From NCBI GenBank assembly GCA_039028615.1, contig JBCCHT010000055.1, positions 19,945 through 83,944 on the forward strand: a DNA stretch of 64,000 nucleotides. The letters are read 5' to 3'. This DNA comes from Myxococcota bacterium (GTDB lineage Bacteria > Myxococcota_A > Polyangia > Nannocystales > Nannocystaceae). Both the position numbers and the translations under genes were made by a program. Positions within the stretch are counted from its first letter, which is position 1. Every line of letters begins with the position of its first letter. Shown here piece after piece: positions 52,294-64,000 of the stretch. Under the pieces are notes generated by a model that was given only the letters and a program-made list of their open reading frames with translations, made no database searches and was not told the DNA's origin.

Positions 52294-52407
52294 TTAGCCT
52301 TGCCTCTGCTTGTGCTTGGGGTTCTCGCAGATGACGCGCACGACACCGCGCCTGCGGATCACCTTGCACTTTTCACAGATCTTCTTGACGCTCGCTCTGA
52401 CTTTCAT
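52294..52407 (-). CDS. rpmJ: 50S ribosomal protein L36
   Basis: [37 protein letters not shown]. Confidence 0.98.
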   Translation of the reverse strand: MKVRASVKKICEKCKVIRRRGVVRVICENPKHKQRQG

Positions 52408-52463
52408 GGCGGATGAACCTGCGTCGCTCGATAAAGGGTGGGTCGGGTGGGAAGCTTGGGAGG

Positions 52464-52685
52464 TCAGGCTTCGACGATCGCGACAATGGTGCCGCGGCTT
52501 GGGTCGAGGCGTGCTCGGCGAACGCGGACGCGGTTGCCGGTGCGAATCGGACGGGCGAGCCGACCGAGTTCCTCCGAAGGCCCGGCGACTACCACGGTTC
52601 CATCGGAGAATTGAAGCCTGAAAAGTCTTTGAGGTAGCTCGGCCGTGACGGTCGCTTCGACCGCTTGCTGGGCCGCGGAGTGCAT
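52464..52685 (-). CDS. Divergent translation initiation factor IF-1-like OB-fold protein
   Basis: 73 aa at the infA position; [23 protein letters not shown] skeleton. Confidence 0.65.
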   Translation of the reverse strand: MHSAAQQAVEATVTAELPQRLFRLQFSDGTVVVAGPSEELGRLARPIRTGNRVRVRRARLDPSRGTIVAIVEA

Positions 52686-52773
52686 GCTTTTCCCTCTCCC
52701 GGGGCTCGGGAGCGGCGGAGCATGCCACCGCGCATCTCGTTCGTCTACCCGGGTGCGGGGTGATCAATTCTCA

Positions 52774-52787
52774 ATGAGTTAACTCAT
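52774..52787. promoter_or_regulatory. Perfect 14-bp AT-rich palindrome, candidate operator
   Basis: ATGAGTTAACTCAT, about 90 nt upstream of the IF-1-like/rpmJ/rpsM block. Confidence 0.45.
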
Positions 52788-53157
52788 CCCCTAAAATCGC
52801 TCCAATGTCCCGGGATCGCACCAATTCGGGGCTGTTGCCGGCCGCGCACCCAGGCCGAGAAGGGCTCCAGCCGAAGGGAGTCGGCGGATTGTAGCCGCAT
52901 CGCCCGGGGACAGCCGTTTTTCTCGGGTGCGAATCGGGGAGCCGGACCGGGGCCAAGACTCGCTAGATCGCGGTTTTCACGCGTTCTCGAAGGGAACGAG
53001 ACGCTGACCCGACCGGCGAGAATCGGGGCGTCGATCCCGGCATCGATCTCCGTCGGACCCGTCGATCCCATTCCCGCGCTCGAGCGACGGCGACCCCTCT
53101 CCTCCTCGCGAAGAAAAACGACCGCCGTGTGCATCGTCGGTAGTGACTCGATCGACT

Positions 53158-53796
53158 TCAGAGGACTGCCATCACTCGAGTGAAGATCTCGTTCGGATCG
53201 CCGACGCCGTCGACGGCGACCACGATCCCCTTGCCCTGATAGTGGGCGATGACGGGACGAGTCTCGCTGTCGAACTTGTCCAAGCGAGCGCGCACCTTGT
53301 CGGGCTTGTCGTCGGTGCGCTGGTACAGCTCTTCGCCGGTCACGTCGCACACGCCCTCGACCTTCGGGGGGTTGTACTTGATGTGATAGACGTGCCCGCT
53401 CGGTGACATGCGGCGACCGGTGATGCGCTCCTCGATGAGATCGAAGGAGACCTGCAGGTCGACGACCTTGTCGATGGTCACCGCGGCATCGAGCGCATCG
53501 GCCTGCTTCATGGTGCGAGGGAAACCATCGAGCATGAAGCCGGCCTGGGCCTCGGGCGCGGCGAGAGCTTCCTTCAGCAGGTCGATGACCAGGTCGTCGG
53601 GCACGAGCGCGCCCGCGTCCATGAAGCCCTTGGCCTTCTGACCGAGCTCGCTGCCGGCCTTGACCGCGGCACGCAGCAGGTCGCCCGTGCTGATGTGGGC
53701 ATAGCCGAGCTGCTCCTTGAGCTTCTTGGCCTGGGTTCCCTTACCTGAGCCGGGGGCACCGATGAGGATGATGCCCTTTGCACGATCTTCGCTCAT
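53158..53796 (-). CDS. adk: Adenylate kinase
   Basis: GAPGSGKGTQA, HISTGDLLR, LDGFPRT, LID domain. Confidence 0.97.
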   Translation of the reverse strand: MSEDRAKGIILIGAPGSGKGTQAKKLKEQLGYAHISTGDLLRAAVKAGSELGQKAKGFMDAGALVPDDLVIDLLKEALAAPEAQAGFMLDGFPRTMKQADALDAAVTIDKVVDLQVSFDLIEERITGRRMSPSGHVYHIKYNPPKVEGVCDVTGEELYQRTDDKPDKVRARLDKFDSETRPVIAHYQGKGIVVAVDGVGDPNEIFTRVMAVL

Positions 53797-54009
53797 GCCA
53801 AGGCTCATACCATCGGGACGTGTACCGGTTCCATGGTGAACGGGGATGCCCACCCAGGAGCGACCGTGAGCGCTCGGAGGCTCGCTTCGGTCCGGTGATG
53901 CGCCCCTGCCCTTCAACGAAACAGACGCCCCCAGACGCAACGACGGCCGCCTCCTGAACGGAAGCGGCCGCTGGTGCGCTGAGGCTTCGGGCGCTGGCCC
54001 GAGCGCGGC

Positions 54010-55314
<1,305 letters not shown>

Positions 55315-55503
55315 GCCGTATTCCTCGTGGGGCTGCCGACCCGATGGTCGCTACAGCCGCAGGCCGCCCCACTGGGGAAGCGACCATACCCTACGCTGCC
55401 AGGGCTGACATCTGACCGAATCGTCGGCCGGTCGTCAGACGTGGCGAAGGCGCACTAGGTCGTAGCGCGCCTCCCGCAGGTCGTCCACGCAAAGTGGGTT
55501 CGA

Positions 55504-55998
55504 TCAGCCGGCGTCGCTTCCGCCGGCTTCTGCCTCTTCGTCCGCCTTCTTGCGAACGATCAAGTCCACGGTGCCGCCCGCGGCCTCGATCTTGGCCTTC
55601 GCCGAACCGCTGATGCGGTGCAGCTTCACGGTCAGCGCCACCGACACCTCACCGGTGCCGAGCAGCTTGATGACCTTGGCCTTCTTGGGAACGAGGCCCC
55701 GCTCACGAAGGAGCTCGGGGGTGATCTCGGTACCCGCCTCGAGGTTGGCCAACATCGACAGGTTGACCCCGGTCACCGGCACGCGATGGATGTTCACGAA
55801 GCCGCGCTTGGGCACCCGACGGTGGATGGGAAGCTGGCCGCCCTCGAACGCCACCGGCATGGCGGTCGTTCGGTAGAGCTGGCCCTTCATCCCGTGACCA
55901 GAGGTCTTGCCGCGATGCGAGCCGATGCCTCGGCCGATGCGCTTCTTCTTTTTACGAGCCCCCTCGGGGGGCGTCAGAGTATGGAGCGTGGTGCCCAT
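55504..55998 (-). CDS. rplO: 50S ribosomal protein L15
   Basis: RIGRGIGS..GKT, FEGGQ.P..RRVPKRGF. Confidence 0.97.
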   Translation of the reverse strand: MGTTLHTLTPPEGARKKKKRIGRGIGSHRGKTSGHGMKGQLYRTTAMPVAFEGGQLPIHRRVPKRGFVNIHRVPVTGVNLSMLANLEAGTEITPELLRERGLVPKKAKVIKLLGTGEVSVALTVKLHRISGSAKAKIEAAGGTVDLIVRKKADEEAEAGGSDAG

Positions 55999-56014
55999 GA
56001 GTTCTTCGCGCCTT

Positions 56015-56200
56015 TCACTCGGCGGGCTCGACGGCCACCAAGTGCTGAACCTTGCGAATCATGCCGCGAACGGCTCGAGTGTCCTCGAGGATCGCGGAGC
56101 TGTTGAGCTTGCGCAGACCCAGGCCGGTCACCGTACGCTTCTGCGTGAGGGGCCGGTCGATGGTGCTTCGCACCAGGGTCACCTTGAGCTTGTCGGCCAT
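56015..56200 (-). CDS. rpmD: 50S ribosomal protein L30
   Basis: [26 protein letters not shown]. Confidence 0.95.
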   Translation of the reverse strand: MADKLKVTLVRSTIDRPLTQKRTVTGLGLRKLNSSAILEDTRAVRGMIRKVQHLVAVEPAE

Positions 56201-56228
56201 GATGAAGTCTCCGTCGGACTACGGCGTA

Positions 56229-56732
56229 TCAGCCGTACAGTTGCTCGACGGTCATGCCTCGTCGCAACGCCACCTGCTCGGGGCTACGCAGCTGCTTGAG
56301 GGCATTCATCGTCGCGTGAATGACGTTGAGGTGGTTGTTGGTGCCGAGGCACTTGGACAGCACATCGTGGATGCCCGCGCACTCGACGACCGCGCGGACG
56401 GGGCCGCCCGCGATGACGCCGGTACCCGGCGATGCCGGTCGAAGTAGAACCCGTCCCGCCCCGTGAATCCCGACGATCTCGTGCGGGATGGTGGGACCGG
56501 AAAGCGGCACCTCGAAGATGTTGCGGCGCGCGTACTCGTTGGCCTTACGGATGGCCTCCGGAACCTCGCGAGCCTTGCCGTGGCCCATGCCGACCCAGCC
56601 GTGCTCGTTACCCACCACCACGACGGCGGTGAACGAGAAGTTGCGGCCGCCCTTGACCACCTTGGCCACGCGGTTGATGTAGACGACTCGATCGACGAGG
56701 TCGCCGAGGCTTTCGATATCGACCATGGCCAT
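56229..56732 (-). CDS. rpsE: 30S ribosomal protein S5
   Basis: [24 protein letters not shown]. Confidence 0.97.
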   Translation of the reverse strand: MAMVDIESLGDLVDRVVYINRVAKVVKGGRNFSFTAVVVVGNEHGWVGMGHGKAREVPEAIRKANEYARRNIFEVPLSGPTIPHEIVGIHGAGRVLLRPASPGTGVIAGGPVRAVVECAGIHDVLSKCLGTNNHLNVIHATMNALKQLRSPEQVALRRGMTVEQLYG

Positions 56733-56734
56733 AT

Positions 56735-57097
56735 TTAGAACTCCAGCCCTGCTTCACGAGCGGCATCGGCCAGGGCGCTCACCCGGCCATGATAGGCGTA
56801 TCCGTTGCGGTCGAATACGACCTGCTTGATGCCCTTGTCCTGGCAGGCCTTGGCGATGGCCGTGCCCACGACCCCGGCCGCGTCCTTTTTGTTCTTGCTC
56901 TCCAGGTCCCCGGCGAGGGCCTTGGTGAGCGTCGAGGCGGAGGCGAGCGACGAGGCGCTCGAATCGTCCACGACCTGGGCGTAGATGTGTTTGCTGCTGC
57001 GGAACACGGTGAGCCGCGGACGCGCCGCGGTACCGATGACCGTCTTGCGGATCCGCTTCTTGCGGCGGGCCCGGGTATCGCTCTTGTTGGTCGGCAT
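56735..57097 (-). CDS. rplR: 50S ribosomal protein L18
   Basis: [34 protein letters not shown]. Confidence 0.97.
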   Translation of the reverse strand: MPTNKSDTRARRKKRIRKTVIGTAARPRLTVFRSSKHIYAQVVDDSSASSLASASTLTKALAGDLESKNKKDAAGVVGTAIAKACQDKGIKQVVFDRNGYAYHGRVSALADAAREAGLEF

Positions 57098-57139
57098 GAC
57101 GGGTACTTCCCTGGTTTGCGTGGCGTGAAGCAGGCGAGC

Positions 57140-57679
57140 CTACTTCTTGCCGCGCTTGCCTTCCTTACGGATGATTCGCTCGTTCTCGTAACGGACACCC
57201 TTGCCCTTGTAGGGCTCGGGGGGCCGGTACCCGCGGATATCGGCCGCGACCTGTCCGAGGACCGCCTTGTCGGCGGCGTCCAGGACGAGCTTGCCTTCCT
57301 TGGTCACCTCGGCCGAGACGCCATCGGGCAGCGGGTAGAGGATGGGGTGGGAGAAGCCGAGGGTCAGGTCGACGTTCTTGCCCTTGACCGCGGCGCGGTA
57401 ACCGACGCCGTTGATCTCGAGGGTCTTCTTGAAGCCCTCGGAGCAGCCCTTGATCATGTTGGCCGTTCGAGCGCGGGCCATGCCGTGCATGGCTCGGTCG
57501 GTGCGGCTATTGCCCCCCCGAGAGAAGCGCAACTCTGCGCCCTCGTGGGTGAACGTGATGCCGTCGGGCACGGTGAAGTCGAGGGTTCCCTTGGGCCCCT
57601 TGACCGAGATGTTCTGCCCCTCGGTCTTGACCGTCACCCCCTTGGGCACGGCGATGGGCGCGTTGCCGATACGTGACAT
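57140..57679 (-). CDS. rplF: 50S ribosomal protein L6
   Basis: MSRIG..PI, GVGYRA, PEPYKGKG. Confidence 0.97.
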   Translation of the reverse strand: MSRIGNAPIAVPKGVTVKTEGQNISVKGPKGTLDFTVPDGITFTHEGAELRFSRGGNSRTDRAMHGMARARTANMIKGCSEGFKKTLEINGVGYRAAVKGKNVDLTLGFSHPILYPLPDGVSAEVTKEGKLVLDAADKAVLGQVAADIRGYRPPEPYKGKGVRYENERIIRKEGKRGKK

Positions 57680-57695
57680 GGTCTCGCTCGCCTTC

Positions 57696-58091
57696 TTACC
57701 AGATGCTGCAGATGAGCTCGCCGCCCACGCCCGCTTTGCGAGCGGCACGGTCGGTCATCATTCCCTTGGAAGTGCTGACGATCATGATGCCCAGGCCGTT
57801 GCGGACCTTGGGAATCTCGCTGCTTCGAGCATATCGGCGCTGCCCCGGTCGGGAGACTCGCTTGAGTCCCTCGATGGCGGGTAGACCGGCGTGCCAACGA
57901 AGTTTCACGGTGATCGTGCCCTGATGGCCCTCGTCGAGGCGCTCATAGCCCTCGATGTAGCCTTCTTGCTTCAGAATCTCGGCGATTCGCAGCTTGACCC
58001 GCGAGGCGGGGAAGCTCAGCGTCTCGTGCCCCGCGATCATCGCGTTGCGAATGCGGGTGAGCATGTCGGAGATGGGATCGGTCATGGACAT
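57696..58091 (-). CDS. rpsH: 30S ribosomal protein S8
   Basis: MTDPISDMLTRIRNA, SRPG.R.Y, GGELIC. Confidence 0.97.
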   Translation of the reverse strand: MSMTDPISDMLTRIRNAMIAGHETLSFPASRVKLRIAEILKQEGYIEGYERLDEGHQGTITVKLRWHAGLPAIEGLKRVSRPGQRRYARSSEIPKVRNGLGIMIVSTSKGMMTDRAARKAGVGGELICSIW

Positions 58092-58106
58092 GGTGCGATG
58101 TCTCCG

Positions 58107-58757
58107 TCAGGCGGCGCGGAACGGAACGCCCAGCTGGGTCAGCAGGGCGCGGCCCTCCTCGTCGGTCTTTGCACTGGTATGAACGCAGATGTTCATGCCC
58201 GGGACCTTGTCCAGCTTGTCGATGTCGATCTCGGGGAAGATCAGCAGTTCGCGAACCCCGAGCGTGTAGTTGCCTCGCCCGTCGAACGCTTTGCGGCTGA
58301 CGCCACGGAAGTCTCGCGTTCGGGGAAGGGCGACGGTGAGGAGGCGATCGAAGAACTCCCACATACGGGGGCCACGCAGGGTGACCATGCAGCCGATCTT
58401 CATGCCCTCGCGAAGCTTGAAGCCGGCGATCGACTTCTTGGCTCGCGTCACCACTGGCCGCTGGCCGGTGATGTTGCCAAGGCTCTCGAACGCTTGCTCG
58501 AGGAGCTTGGGGGTCTTGAGGGCCTCGCCGAGGCCGATGTTGAGAACGATCTTCTCGACGCGCGGCACCTCGAAGGGGTTCGCGTAGCTGAACTCCTTGG
58601 TGAGCGCTGGCCGCACTTGCTCTTCATAGCGGTTGAGCAGGCGGGGACGGTCGCTGGGACCGCGCCGCACGGGCTCTTGCTGGAGCTTGCGGAATTTGAA
58701 CGGGAAGCCCGTTTCCTTTTTCTTCTGGGTCGGGGTCCCGCGCTGTGCCTTTGCCAT
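58107..58757 (-). CDS. rplE: 50S ribosomal protein L5 with N-terminal extension
   Basis: KIVLNIG, FKLREG, FDGRGNY, IFPEI. Confidence 0.96.
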   Translation of the reverse strand: MAKAQRGTPTQKKKETGFPFKFRKLQQEPVRRGPSDRPRLLNRYEEQVRPALTKEFSYANPFEVPRVEKIVLNIGLGEALKTPKLLEQAFESLGNITGQRPVVTRAKKSIAGFKLREGMKIGCMVTLRGPRMWEFFDRLLTVALPRTRDFRGVSRKAFDGRGNYTLGVRELLIFPEIDIDKLDKVPGMNICVHTSAKTDEEGRALLTQLGVPFRAA

Positions 58758-58774
58758 GGGTACTTTCCTCCGCC

Positions 58775-59092
58775 CTACTTGTCGATCTGCTCACCCGACT
58801 TCACCGCCACGCGGACGCGCTGGCCAGACTCGAGGGTCTGGATGCGCACGCGGGTCGGCTTCCCGGTGGTGGGATCGGAGAGCATCACGTTCGAGATGTG
58901 AATGGGCGCCTCTTTCTTGACGCGCCCGCCCTGCGGGTTGGCCTGGGTCGGCTTGATGTGCTTGGTGATGACGTTGACGCCCTCGACCAGCACCTTGTCG
59001 GCTCCGGGGAACACCTGGAGAACACGACCGCTCGAGCCCTTGTTCTTGCCCGCGACTACGACGACGGTGTCGTCTTTCTTGACGCGTTGCAT
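58775..59092 (-). CDS. rplX: 50S ribosomal protein L24
   Basis: [29 protein letters not shown]. Confidence 0.97.
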   Translation of the reverse strand: MQRVKKDDTVVVVAGKNKGSSGRVLQVFPGADKVLVEGVNVITKHIKPTQANPQGGRVKKEAPIHISNVMLSDPTTGKPTRVRIQTLESGQRVRVAVKSGEQIDK

Positions 59093-59093
59093 T

Positions 59094-59462
59094 TCAAAGA
59101 ACCTCCGGAGCCAGGCTGATGATCTTGAGGAACCGCTTGGCGCGGAGCTCACGAGCAACCGGGCCGAAGATGCGAGTCCCGATCGGCTGCTTCTGGTTGT
59201 CGATCAGCACCGCGCTGTTGTTGTCGAACCGGATCAGGCTTCCGTCGGCACGACGGAGGCCCTTGCGCGAGCGCACGATCACGGCCTTCATGACAGAGCC
59301 CTTCTTCACCTTGGAGTTGGGAAGGGCATCGCGGATGCTCACCACGATGACGTCGCCGACGTTGGCGTAGCGTCGCTTGGAACCGCCCAGCACCTTGATG
59401 CAGGCGACCTTGCGCGCGCCGGAGTTATCGGCGACGTCGAGAACCGACTGAACTTGGATCAT
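59094..59462 (-). CDS. rplN: 50S ribosomal protein L14
   Basis: MIQ...[22 protein letters not shown]. Confidence 0.98.
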   Translation of the reverse strand: MIQVQSVLDVADNSGARKVACIKVLGGSKRRYANVGDVIVVSIRDALPNSKVKKGSVMKAVIVRSRKGLRRADGSLIRFDNNSAVLIDNQKQPIGTRIFGPVARELRAKRFLKIISLAPEVL

Positions 59463-59755
59463 ACGATCGGCGCCCTTTCCGTGACGGCCTGCAGCCGCCA
59501 GCGCTTGTCGCGAGACAAGGGTCGCGATTCGATGATCCGGACCATGTCACCCACGCGCGCTTCGTTGCGCTCGTCGTGGGCTTTGTACTTGGTCCGCTCG
59601 TTGATGTACTTGCGGTAGCGCGGGTGCCGGTAGCGGCGCATCACCTGCACCACGATGGTCTTGTCCATTTTGTCGGACACGACCTGCCCCACCAACACGC
59701 GGTGGTGCCGCTCGAGGTGGCCGCCATGGGCGGCCTTGGCCTGCTCTTCACTCAT
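59459..59755 (-). CDS. rpsQ: 30S ribosomal protein S17
   Basis: [26 protein letters not shown]. Confidence 0.97.
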   Translation of the reverse strand: MSEEQAKAAHGGHLERHHRVLVGQVVSDKMDKTIVVQVMRRYRHPRYRKYINERTKYKAHDERNEARVGDMVRIIESRPLSRDKRWRLQAVTERAPIV

Positions 59756-59994
59756 GCCGTTGCCTCCTCACCTGCGGACTGAGCCGGGGTGTCGCCGCCG
59801 GCCAGGCCGAGCGAGCGCTCGTGCAAGATGGTCTTGATCCGCGCGATGTCCTTGCGGATACGGGGAAACTGAGCCGTGTCGGCGGCCCGCTGCGTAGCGC
59901 GAGCAACCTGAAGCTTGATGACCTTGTCGCGAAGCTCGGCCTCGAGCTCGCGAAGCTCATCGTCGGTCTTGTCTCGTAGCTCTGAGGGCTTCAT
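59752..59994 (-). CDS. rpmC: 50S ribosomal protein L29
   Basis: [18 protein letters not shown]. Confidence 0.95.
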   Translation of the reverse strand: MKPSELRDKTDDELRELEAELRDKVIKLQVARATQRAADTAQFPRIRKDIARIKTILHERSLGLAGGDTPAQSAGEEATA

Positions 59995-60407
59995 GGCCTC
60001 GCCTCACGCTTGATGAAACGGGTGTTGATCGGGAGCTTGTGGTGAGCGCGAAGGAACGCGCTGCGAGCAAGCGTCTCGGGGACGCCCTCGATCTCGTACA
60101 ACACGCGACCGGGACGAATGACGGCGACCCAGTACTCGGGCGCGCCCTTACCCTTACCCATCCGGGTTTCGGCCGGCTTCTTGGAGACCGGCTTGTCGGG
60201 GAAGATGCGAATGTAGAGCTTGCCGCCACGCTTGACGTGTCGGTTGATGGCGATACGAGCGGCCTCGATCTGACGCGAGGTCAGCCAGCCACACGAAGTC
60301 GCCTGAAGCCCGAAGTCGCCGAAGCTGACCCGGTCCCCGCCCTTGGCGCGGCCGGTCATGCGGCCCTTGTGGACCTTGCGGTACTTGACCCTGGATGGAG
60401 AAAGCAT
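59991..60407 (-). CDS. rplP: 50S ribosomal protein L16
   Basis: [22 protein letters not shown]. Confidence 0.97.
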   Translation of the reverse strand: MLSPSRVKYRKVHKGRMTGRAKGGDRVSFGDFGLQATSCGWLTSRQIEAARIAINRHVKRGGKLYIRIFPDKPVSKKPAETRMGKGKGAPEYWVAVIRPGRVLYEIEGVPETLARSAFLRAHHKLPINTRFIKREARP

Positions 60408-60416
60408 GGGACTTCC

Positions 60417-61097
60417 CTATCGCTGCGGCACCGGCCGCGGGAAACGGGCGTCCGAAGCGGCTCCGCCCCGGTGGTCGTAGACCTCGCCCTTGAAGATCCA
60501 GCACTTGACGCCGACGGTACCGGCCGAGGTGCGAGCCTCGAAGAAGCCGTAGTCGATGTCGGCGCGCAGGGTGTGCAGAGGAATCCGGCCCTCGAGGTAC
60601 CACTCGCGACGGCCCATCTCGGCGCCGCCGAGGCGGCCCTGGGCGTTGACGCGGATGCCCTTGGCACCGAACTTCATCGCGGTCTGCACCGCGCGCTTGA
60701 GGGCGCGGCGGTAGGCGATGCGGCGCTCGAGCTGCTGGCAGATGTTCTCCGCCACGAGCTGAGCATTGACCTCCATCTTGCGGACCTCTTGGATGTTCAA
60801 GAAGACCTCGGAGTCGGTCATGCGCTGGACCTTCTTCTTGAGGCCCTCGACGCCCGCGCCGCGCTTACCGATGACGATGCCGGGCCGCGCGGAGAAGATG
60901 TTGATCTTCACCTTGTTGGCGGCACGCTCGATGGTGATCTCGGAGATGCTGGCGTTGAGCAGCTCTCGCTTGAGGAAGCGCCGAAGCTTGAGGTCCTCGT
61001 GGAGCCACTGGCGGTAGCGCTGATCCTCGAACCACTTCGAGTTCCAAGTCTTGACGATGCCGAGCCGAAACCCGATGGGATGCGTCTTTTGACCCAT
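60417..61097 (-). CDS. rpsC: 30S ribosomal protein S3
   Basis: [34 protein letters not shown]. Confidence 0.98.
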   Translation of the reverse strand: MGQKTHPIGFRLGIVKTWNSKWFEDQRYRQWLHEDLKLRRFLKRELLNASISEITIERAANKVKINIFSARPGIVIGKRGAGVEGLKKKVQRMTDSEVFLNIQEVRKMEVNAQLVAENICQQLERRIAYRRALKRAVQTAMKFGAKGIRVNAQGRLGGAEMGRREWYLEGRIPLHTLRADIDYGFFEARTSAGTVGVKCWIFKGEVYDHRGGAASDARFPRPVPQR

Positions 61098-61127
61098 GTC
61101 GTTCTTTCTCGTCTCTGAAGTGGGCGC

Positions 61128-61466
61128 TCAGGACCCAGCGGCGGGGGCCAGCTCCACGAACACGTGGCTGGTCTTCTTCTGGATGCGAGTCGCGCGGCCT
61201 TGCGCGCGAGGACGCCAGCGCTTGAGGGTGGGACCCTGGTCCACGGTGACGGTGCGAACGACCAGCTCGTCGACATCGTCGGCGCCCTGGTCCTCGGCGT
61301 TGGCCACGGCCGAAACGAGCAGCTTGAAGAACTCGCGCGAGCCGGACTTGTTGAGGAACCGAAGGGAGTTGATGGCCTTGTCCACCTGCTGACCGCGGAT
61401 GAGGTTCGCGATGACCCTCATCTTCCGCGGTGCGATGCGGATGTAGCTCAGCCGTGCGGTGGCCAT
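61128..61466 (-). CDS. rplV: 50S ribosomal protein L22
   Basis: RIAPRK, SAVANAE, PRAQGRA. Confidence 0.97.
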   Translation of the reverse strand: MATARLSYIRIAPRKMRVIANLIRGQQVDKAINSLRFLNKSGSREFFKLLVSAVANAEDQGADDVDELVVRTVTVDQGPTLKRWRPRAQGRATRIQKKTSHVFVELAPAAGS

Positions 61467-61469
61467 GAT

Positions 61470-61745
61470 CTAGCGCCTCCCCTTACGGTCGGCGGCGTGG
61501 CCTCGGAAGGTGCGCGTGGGCGCGAACTCGCCGAGCTTGTGGCCGACCATGTTCTCGGTGACGTAGACCGGGATGAACTTGTTGCCGTTGTGGACCATGA
61601 TGTTGGCCCCCACGAACTGCGGCAGGATGGTCGAGCGACGCGACCAAGTCTTGACGGCACGGCGGCCAGTTTCGGCCAGCGCAGCCTCGACCTTTTCGAC
61701 CAAGTCGGCGTCGACGAACGGGCCCTTCTTTACTGAACGAGGCAT
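61470..61745 (-). CDS. rpsS: 30S ribosomal protein S19
   Basis: [30 protein letters not shown]. Confidence 0.98.
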   Translation of the reverse strand: MPRSVKKGPFVDADLVEKVEAALAETGRRAVKTWSRRSTILPQFVGANIMVHNGNKFIPVYVTENMVGHKLGEFAPTRTFRGHAADRKGRR

Positions 61746-61748
61746 CGG

Positions 61749-62576
61749 TTACTTCCTCCCCCGGCGGTTCACGATGAAGACCTGGGTTCGCTTGTTCTTG
61801 CGGGTGCGAAGACCCTTGGTGGGCTTGCCCCACGGCGTGCGGGGGTGACCGCCACCGGAGGTACGACCCTCACCACCACCCATGGGGTGGTCGACCGGGT
61901 TCATGGTGACGCCGCGGTTGTGCGGGCGGCGACCGAGCCAGCGCTTGCGGCCAGCCTTGCCCAGCTTGATGTTGCCGTGCTCCGAGTTGCTGAGCTGACC
62001 CACCGTCGCGCGGCAGTCGGCGTGCACCCGGCGGACCTCGCCCGAGGGAAGGCGAATCAACGCCCAGTCACCCTCGCGAGCCATCAACCGAGCCACCGCT
62101 CCGGCGGAGCGGACCATCTGACCACCGCGCCCGATCTTGAGCTCGATGTTGTGGATCTCGGTACCGGAGGGCATCGAGCGCAGCGGCAACGAGTTGCCGG
62201 GCATGATGTCCGCGGTGCGGCTGCTGATGATCGTGGTGCCCACCTTCACCCCGGCCGGAGCCAGGATGTAGCGCTTCTCGCCGTCGGCGTAGTGGAGCAG
62301 CGCGATGTAGACGCTTCGGTTGGGGTCGTACTCGACCGTGGCGACCTTGGCCGGCACGTCGTACTTGTCCCGCTTGAAGTCGATGCTTCGGTACAGGCGC
62401 TTGTGCCCGCCGCCACGGAAGCGCAGCGTGATGCGGCCGTGGTTGTTGCGGCCGGCGGGGTTGTGGCGCTTGCTGACCAGCTTCTTGTGGGGCCGCTCGG
62501 CGGTCACGACGTCGCGATCGCTCGCGGTCATGTTCCGGCGACCCGGGGAGGTCGGCTTGTACTTCTTGATGCCCAT
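61749..62576 (-). CDS. rplB: 50S ribosomal protein L2
   Basis: [28 protein letters not shown]. Confidence 0.98.
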   Translation of the reverse strand: MGIKKYKPTSPGRRNMTASDRDVVTAERPHKKLVSKRHNPAGRNNHGRITLRFRGGGHKRLYRSIDFKRDKYDVPAKVATVEYDPNRSVYIALLHYADGEKRYILAPAGVKVGTTIISSRTADIMPGNSLPLRSMPSGTEIHNIELKIGRGGQMVRSAGAVARLMAREGDWALIRLPSGEVRRVHADCRATVGQLSNSEHGNIKLGKAGRKRWLGRRPHNRGVTMNPVDHPMGGGEGRTSGGGHPRTPWGKPTKGLRTRKNKRTQVFIVNRRGRK

Positions 62577-62590
62577 GACGCGTGTCTCCC

Positions 62591-62881
62591 CTAGTCCTCG
62601 CCGTAAAGGTCGATGGTGTCGTCGGGGTGAAGGGTGACGACCGCCTTCTTCCAGGAGCGTTGCTTGCCCCAGAACTGCCCGACCCGGCGAAGATCACCGC
62701 GGACGACCTGGGTGCGAACCCCGGTGACCCGGACGCCGAAGACCATCTCGATGGCCTTGCGGATCTCGATCTTGTTGGCGGGCTTGGCGACCTCGAAGGC
62801 GTACTGGTTGTTATCGACCTGAAGGTCGGTGCTCTTCTCGGTGACGATCGGTCGCAGGATGACCTGTTGCGGCGTGATCAT
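62591..62881 (-). CDS. rplW: 50S ribosomal protein L23
   Basis: [26 protein letters not shown]. Confidence 0.96.
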   Translation of the reverse strand: MITPQQVILRPIVTEKSTDLQVDNNQYAFEVAKPANKIEIRKAIEMVFGVRVTGVRTQVVRGDLRRVGQFWGKQRSWKKAVVTLHPDDTIDLYGED

Positions 62882-63534
62882 GCGGCACCTTCCTTGGCGG
62901 CGTCGGCCGAGCCGCCGTTGGTGAGACGAGCCTCGAGCTTGCGAAGGCTGACCTCGGAGATCAGCAGCTTCGGGTAGAGCAGGATGTCGTAGACATTCAG
63001 CCCACCCACGTCGAGGAAGTTGGCGTCCGCGAGGTTGCGGGACGACAGCTGAAGCCAGCGGTTGTCACCGTCGACCAGCAGCGCCTTGGGAGCCTCGAGC
63101 TTGTTCAGAGCCTCGAGCAGCGCCTTGGTCTTCACCTCGGGGCCGTTGAACTCCTTGACGACGATGAGGTCGCCGTTTTGGGCCCGCAGGCTCAGGGCCG
63201 AGCGCAGGGCTCCGGCCATCGCCTTCTTGTTGACGCCGACGTTGTACTTGCGGGGCTGGGGACCGTGGGTCACGCCACCGCCGCGGAACACGTTGGCGCG
63301 GCGCGAACCGTGTCGCGCGTTGCCGGTGCCCTTCTGGCGGTAGAGCTTGGCCTTGGTCCGGGACACGTCGGAGCGTCCCTGGGTGTTGGCCGAGCCCGCG
63401 CGCTTGGCCGCGCGCTGGGACCGGACGACCTCCCACAAGAGGTGTTCCTTGACCTCGGCCGCGAACACGTCGTCCGCAACGTCGAGCTCGCCCACTTGGG
63501 CCCCGGTGAGGTCGATGACGCTCAGCTTCGCCAT
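62878..63534 (-). CDS. rplD: 50S ribosomal protein L4
   Basis: [28 protein letters not shown]. Confidence 0.97.
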   Translation of the reverse strand: MAKLSVIDLTGAQVGELDVADDVFAAEVKEHLLWEVVRSQRAAKRAGSANTQGRSDVSRTKAKLYRQKGTGNARHGSRRANVFRGGGVTHGPQPRKYNVGVNKKAMAGALRSALSLRAQNGDLIVVKEFNGPEVKTKALLEALNKLEAPKALLVDGDNRWLQLSSRNLADANFLDVGGLNVYDILLYPKLLISEVSLRKLEARLTNGGSADAAKEGAA

Positions 63535-63544
63535 GGCAGGTCTC

Positions 63545-63856
63545 TCAGCTGGTCTTGATCTCGACGTCCACGCCGGCCGAAAGGTCGAGCTTCATGAGGG
63601 CGTCGAGGGTCTGCTTGTTGGGCTCGAGGATGTCCAGCAACCGGGTGTGGGTGCGGATCTCGAACTGCTCGCGGGACTTCTTGTCGATGAAGGGTCCGCG
63701 AAGCACGGTGTACTTGTTGATCTTGGTGGGCAGCGGGATCGGCCCGGCAACCCTGGCGCCCGTTCGTCGTGCGGTATCGGCGATCTCGCGCGACGACTGG
63801 TCGAGCAGCTTGTGATCGTAGGCTTTGAGCCGGATCCTGATCTTGAGGTTGTCCAC
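63545..63856 (-). CDS. rpsJ: 30S ribosomal protein S10
   Basis: [27 protein letters not shown]. Confidence 0.98.
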   Translation of the reverse strand: MDNLKIRIRLKAYDHKLLDQSSREIADTARRTGARVAGPIPLPTKINKYTVLRGPFIDKKSREQFEIRTHTRLLDILEPNKQTLDALMKLDLSAGVDVEIKTS

Positions 63857-63864
63857 GGTATCCC

Positions 63865-64000
63865 CTACTCGAAGATTTTGGTGACGATGCCGGCGCCGAC
63901 GGTGCGGCCGCCCTCGCGAATCGCGAACTTCAGCCCGTCCTCACAGGCGATGGTGGTGATCAGCTTCACCTCGAGCTCGACGTTGTCGCCGGGCATCACC
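63865..64000 (-). CDS. tuf: Elongation factor Tu, 3' end
   Basis: Manual translation VMPGDNV...[21 protein letters not shown]. Confidence 0.95.
   Translation of the reverse strand, partial: VMPGDNVELEVKLITTIACEDGLKFAIREGGRTVGAGIVTKIFE

Noticed and set aside
52784..53350. 188-aa ORF in the adk-infA gap as map or another gene
   Set aside because: No Map motifs, overlaps adk out of frame, and has low-complexity R/P/G composition.

Overview
High-GC myxobacterial window (Nannocystaceae-like by gene content: MYXO-CTERM protein, Ser/Thr kinase-TPR, Cys-rich lipoproteins, DUF1592/DUF1552 pair; taxonomy is inference). The right ~14.6 kb holds the tuf-S10-spc-alpha ribosomal cluster on the minus strand. 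It lacks rplC, rpsN and map, and carries a strongly diverged IF-1-like gene at the infA position. The left ~49 kb is a mix of housekeeping and accessory genes. The top candidate system is a two-gene microviridin-type graspetide (RiPP) locus at 8433-11739. Its 386-aa precursor has a histone-H1-like Lys-rich N-terminus, a PFFARFL recognition motif and 15 tandem TxK(Y/H)PSDxE(D/E) cores. It is followed by one 712-aa protein that fuses MdnB/MvdC-like and MdnC/MvdD-like ATP-grasp ligases, with no transporter, protease or acetyltransferase next to it. Other notable items: an orphan, degenerate fliO-P-Q-R export-gate operon lacking the Met gasket; a 7-gene ACP-less lipid operon with altered catalytic residues; a sigma54-driven YeeE/YedE-SulP-porin operon whose porin seems to have lost its stop codon; a deleted remnant of a PPDK_N lipoprotein gene; and many apparently leaderless genes. 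All family calls come from motif recognition by eye; no searches were run.
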